Source: a virus
Lineage: Duplodnaviria > Caudoviricetes
Strand: one strand, 5' to 3'
IMG/VR virus record: IMGVR_UViG_3300025128_000003
Span: 1-56,002 of that record
Length of the DNA stretch: 56,002 nt
Part shown: piece after piece, positions 54,454 through 56,002 of the stretch
Layout of the letters: each line of letters opens with the position of its first letter
How positions within the stretch are numbered: the stretch's first letter is position 1
The notes under the pieces: model-generated
Seen by the model: only the letters and a program-made list of their open reading frames with translations
Database searches by the model: none
What the model was told of the DNA's origin: nothing
Translations under genes and position numbers: made by a program

Positions 54454-54456
54454 AGT

Positions 54457-54678
54457 TTAAGTTCCTTTCTTAAAACAATCTATACTTTTAACAACAGAGC
54501 TTGGTCCGTAGTGTATTTTAGAAAAATCTTTTAATTCTTGTAAATTATTATATATATGACTATAACATTCTTCTATCTTAGAAAACTCTAATAGTTTAGA
54601 ATTTTTATAGTTTACTTCTAATGCATCTAAGTTATTAGAAGGATTTAATAAAAACATAAAAATTACAATCTTATACAT
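54457..54678 (-). CDS. Small hypothetical protein
   Basis: 73-aa ORF; F....EC motif. Confidence 0.55.
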   Translation of the reverse strand: MYKIVIFMFLLNPSNNLDALEVNYKNSKLLEFSKIEECYSHIYNNLQELKDFSKIHYGPSSVVKSIDCFKKGT

Positions 54679-54680
54679 TC

Positions 54681-55883
54681 TTACCTACCATATATAGGTG
54701 GTAGTATTCCATTGCCACCTATATCTGCCATAGCCATATATAAAATAGTATTACCGTCACCATTAGGTGCGCTATCGCCACTCAGTGGGCGAAAGCCTTC
54801 AGCTAACAAATCAATATCATAATCACTTCCACTCGCTGGTCCTCTTGCAGCTTCTGCATCTTCGTCATTTGGAAAAAGAAACAGTTCAGCAGGGTTTGAT
54901 GGTGATCTTGCTGTATCAGTTATTACCCAGTCTCTAGCAACTGGAGCATTTTTAAAAATAACAAATCTTGGACGAAATCCCAAGTGAACATACGGAGGAA
55001 CAGTAGAACTACCATTGCCTATATAACTTCCTACTTTACATACACCCGGCACTGATCTAAAGGCGTACATTATAAACGGTTCTCCACTGGCATTTACTTC
55101 AGTACTTAGTCCTAATGTAATAATACTACTGGTTGGTGCTGTATCATTCCAAAGGGTAGTATCATCGTCCCAAACCGCAGCAGATTCTAATCTGCCAAAA
55201 TCTGTTTGTGGGTCACTGGCAGAATATTCATGGTAGGTTATCCATCCTCGTTCCGCATGACTGCTTTCTTTTGTGAAGAAAAATTCTGGCGCTCCACTCA
55301 TGCCATGTTTTATACTAGCTCCAGCATTTCCATCACCTGTATAACTAATAATTGAAAATGCATCACTTGCACTAATACGACCACTTGAATCAATAGTGCC
55401 TATGCTAGTTGAACTTGCATCGTTAGTCCATGCAGTACTTGCTTGCCAACACCATGCTACAAAGTTTTCAGTGTTATCGTTATATCCGTTGGCTCCACTA
55501 CCCAGAGAAAATGATCCAGTGCCAAAAGCAGTAAGGCCATTAGTGTCTGTGCTTTCTGCCGCAGTTGAGTCACTTGACAATTCCTTTGTAGCCCCTCGTA
55601 CAACGTCTACCAGCTTATGCTCATCATCTTGAGAACGATTTTTAAGCCACACCCAAGCTGGATCAATATCAGTTGAAATTGATCTTACAGAGCCGTTACC
55701 CGTATATGTTACAGGTTGAAAATAATCTACGCCTTGATTTTCTGGTCCTGTTAGGTTTGCAGAACAAGGTGCTAAAAACGTAGCTGGTACAGCATATTTA
55801 AAAAGCCCATGTCCATTTTCATCAACGTTTGTTCCAGCAGTTTCATTCCCAGAGAAAGTTGGATTATCACCAAAATTTATAAC
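54681..55883 (-). CDS. 3' part of the LamG/SPRY tail protein that begins at 1395
   Basis: NFG, YTGNG, PAWVWLKNRS, VAWCW, SIISYTG, GSYIGNG, GFRP.FV repeats; in frame with 1..1395. Confidence 0.85.
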   Translation of the reverse strand, partial: VINFGDNPTFSGNETAGTNVDENGHGLFKYAVPATFLAPCSANLTGPENQGVDYFQPVTYTGNGSVRSISTDIDPAWVWLKNRSQDDEHKLVDVVRGATKELSSDSTAAESTDTNGLTAFGTGSFSLGSGANGYNDNTENFVAWCWQASTAWTNDASSTSIGTIDSSGRISASDAFSIISYTGDGNAGASIKHGMSGAPEFFFTKESSHAERGWITYHEYSASDPQTDFGRLESAAVWDDDTTLWNDTAPTSSIITLGLSTEVNASGEPFIMYAFRSVPGVCKVGSYIGNGSSTVPPYVHLGFRPRFVIFKNAPVARDWVITDTARSPSNPAELFLFPNDEDAEAARGPASGSDYDIDLLAEGFRPLSGDSAPNGDGNTILYMAMADIGGNGILPPIYGR

Positions 55884-56002
55884 TCCAATATCACCCGACC
55901 TTTGCAAACCTATTACAAAGATATAATCTTGAACTGTTAGTTGGTCATCATGGTTATCAATATTTAGTGTAGTACTAGCTGTTGCAGAACCATTTCTCCA
56001 TG
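55884..56002. repeat. Terminal overlap copy of 1-119
   Basis: Exact match. Confidence 0.97.

Noticed and set aside
55884-56002. Biological direct terminal repeat
   Set aside because: It falls mid-gene and its 119-nt length is typical of an assembler k-mer overlap
1-56002. Diversity-generating retroelement, alternative genetic code or prophage context
   Set aside because: No reverse transcriptase or TR/VR pair seen; genes are intact and tightly packed under the standard code; no integrase or host flanks

Overview
A complete, circularly permuted ~55.9 kb dsDNA tailed-phage genome of podovirus type. Positions 1-119 repeat exactly at 55884-56002, an assembly overlap that splits one lectin/SPRY tail gene. 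The host is probably a marine proteobacterium (inferred from gene content). Two arms diverge from a non-coding, inverted-repeat-rich region at ~16.5-17.1 kb. The leftward arm is the packaging/virion arm: TerL, portal, GroES-like, scaffold, capsid, adaptors, basic core-like peptides, tail fibres, tail, ejection proteins, endolysin. The rightward arm has many small early genes, a T7-like replisome (primase-helicase, PolA, SSB, nucleases), ThyX, class II RNR, tRNA-Arg, Hsp20, a glycosylation cluster, a holin and TerS. I found no RNA polymerase or integrase. Most striking observations: (1) nine ~52-nt bulged hairpins with covarying stems that separate early genes like cassettes, one covering the stop codon of an unannotated ArfA-like ORF; (2) an RTX-type (HlyC-like) acyltransferase and a delta-9-type fatty-acid desaturase translationally coupled into the tail/ejection-protein operon, suggesting lipidation of virion proteins; (3) a recurrent (K/A)xGGx(V/I) motif shared by small basic proteins and ejection proteins; (4) a ROSE-like thermometer on hsp20; (5) a GT + GT-MTase-Maf-like glycosylation module. 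All family assignments come from motif recognition by eye; no searches were run.
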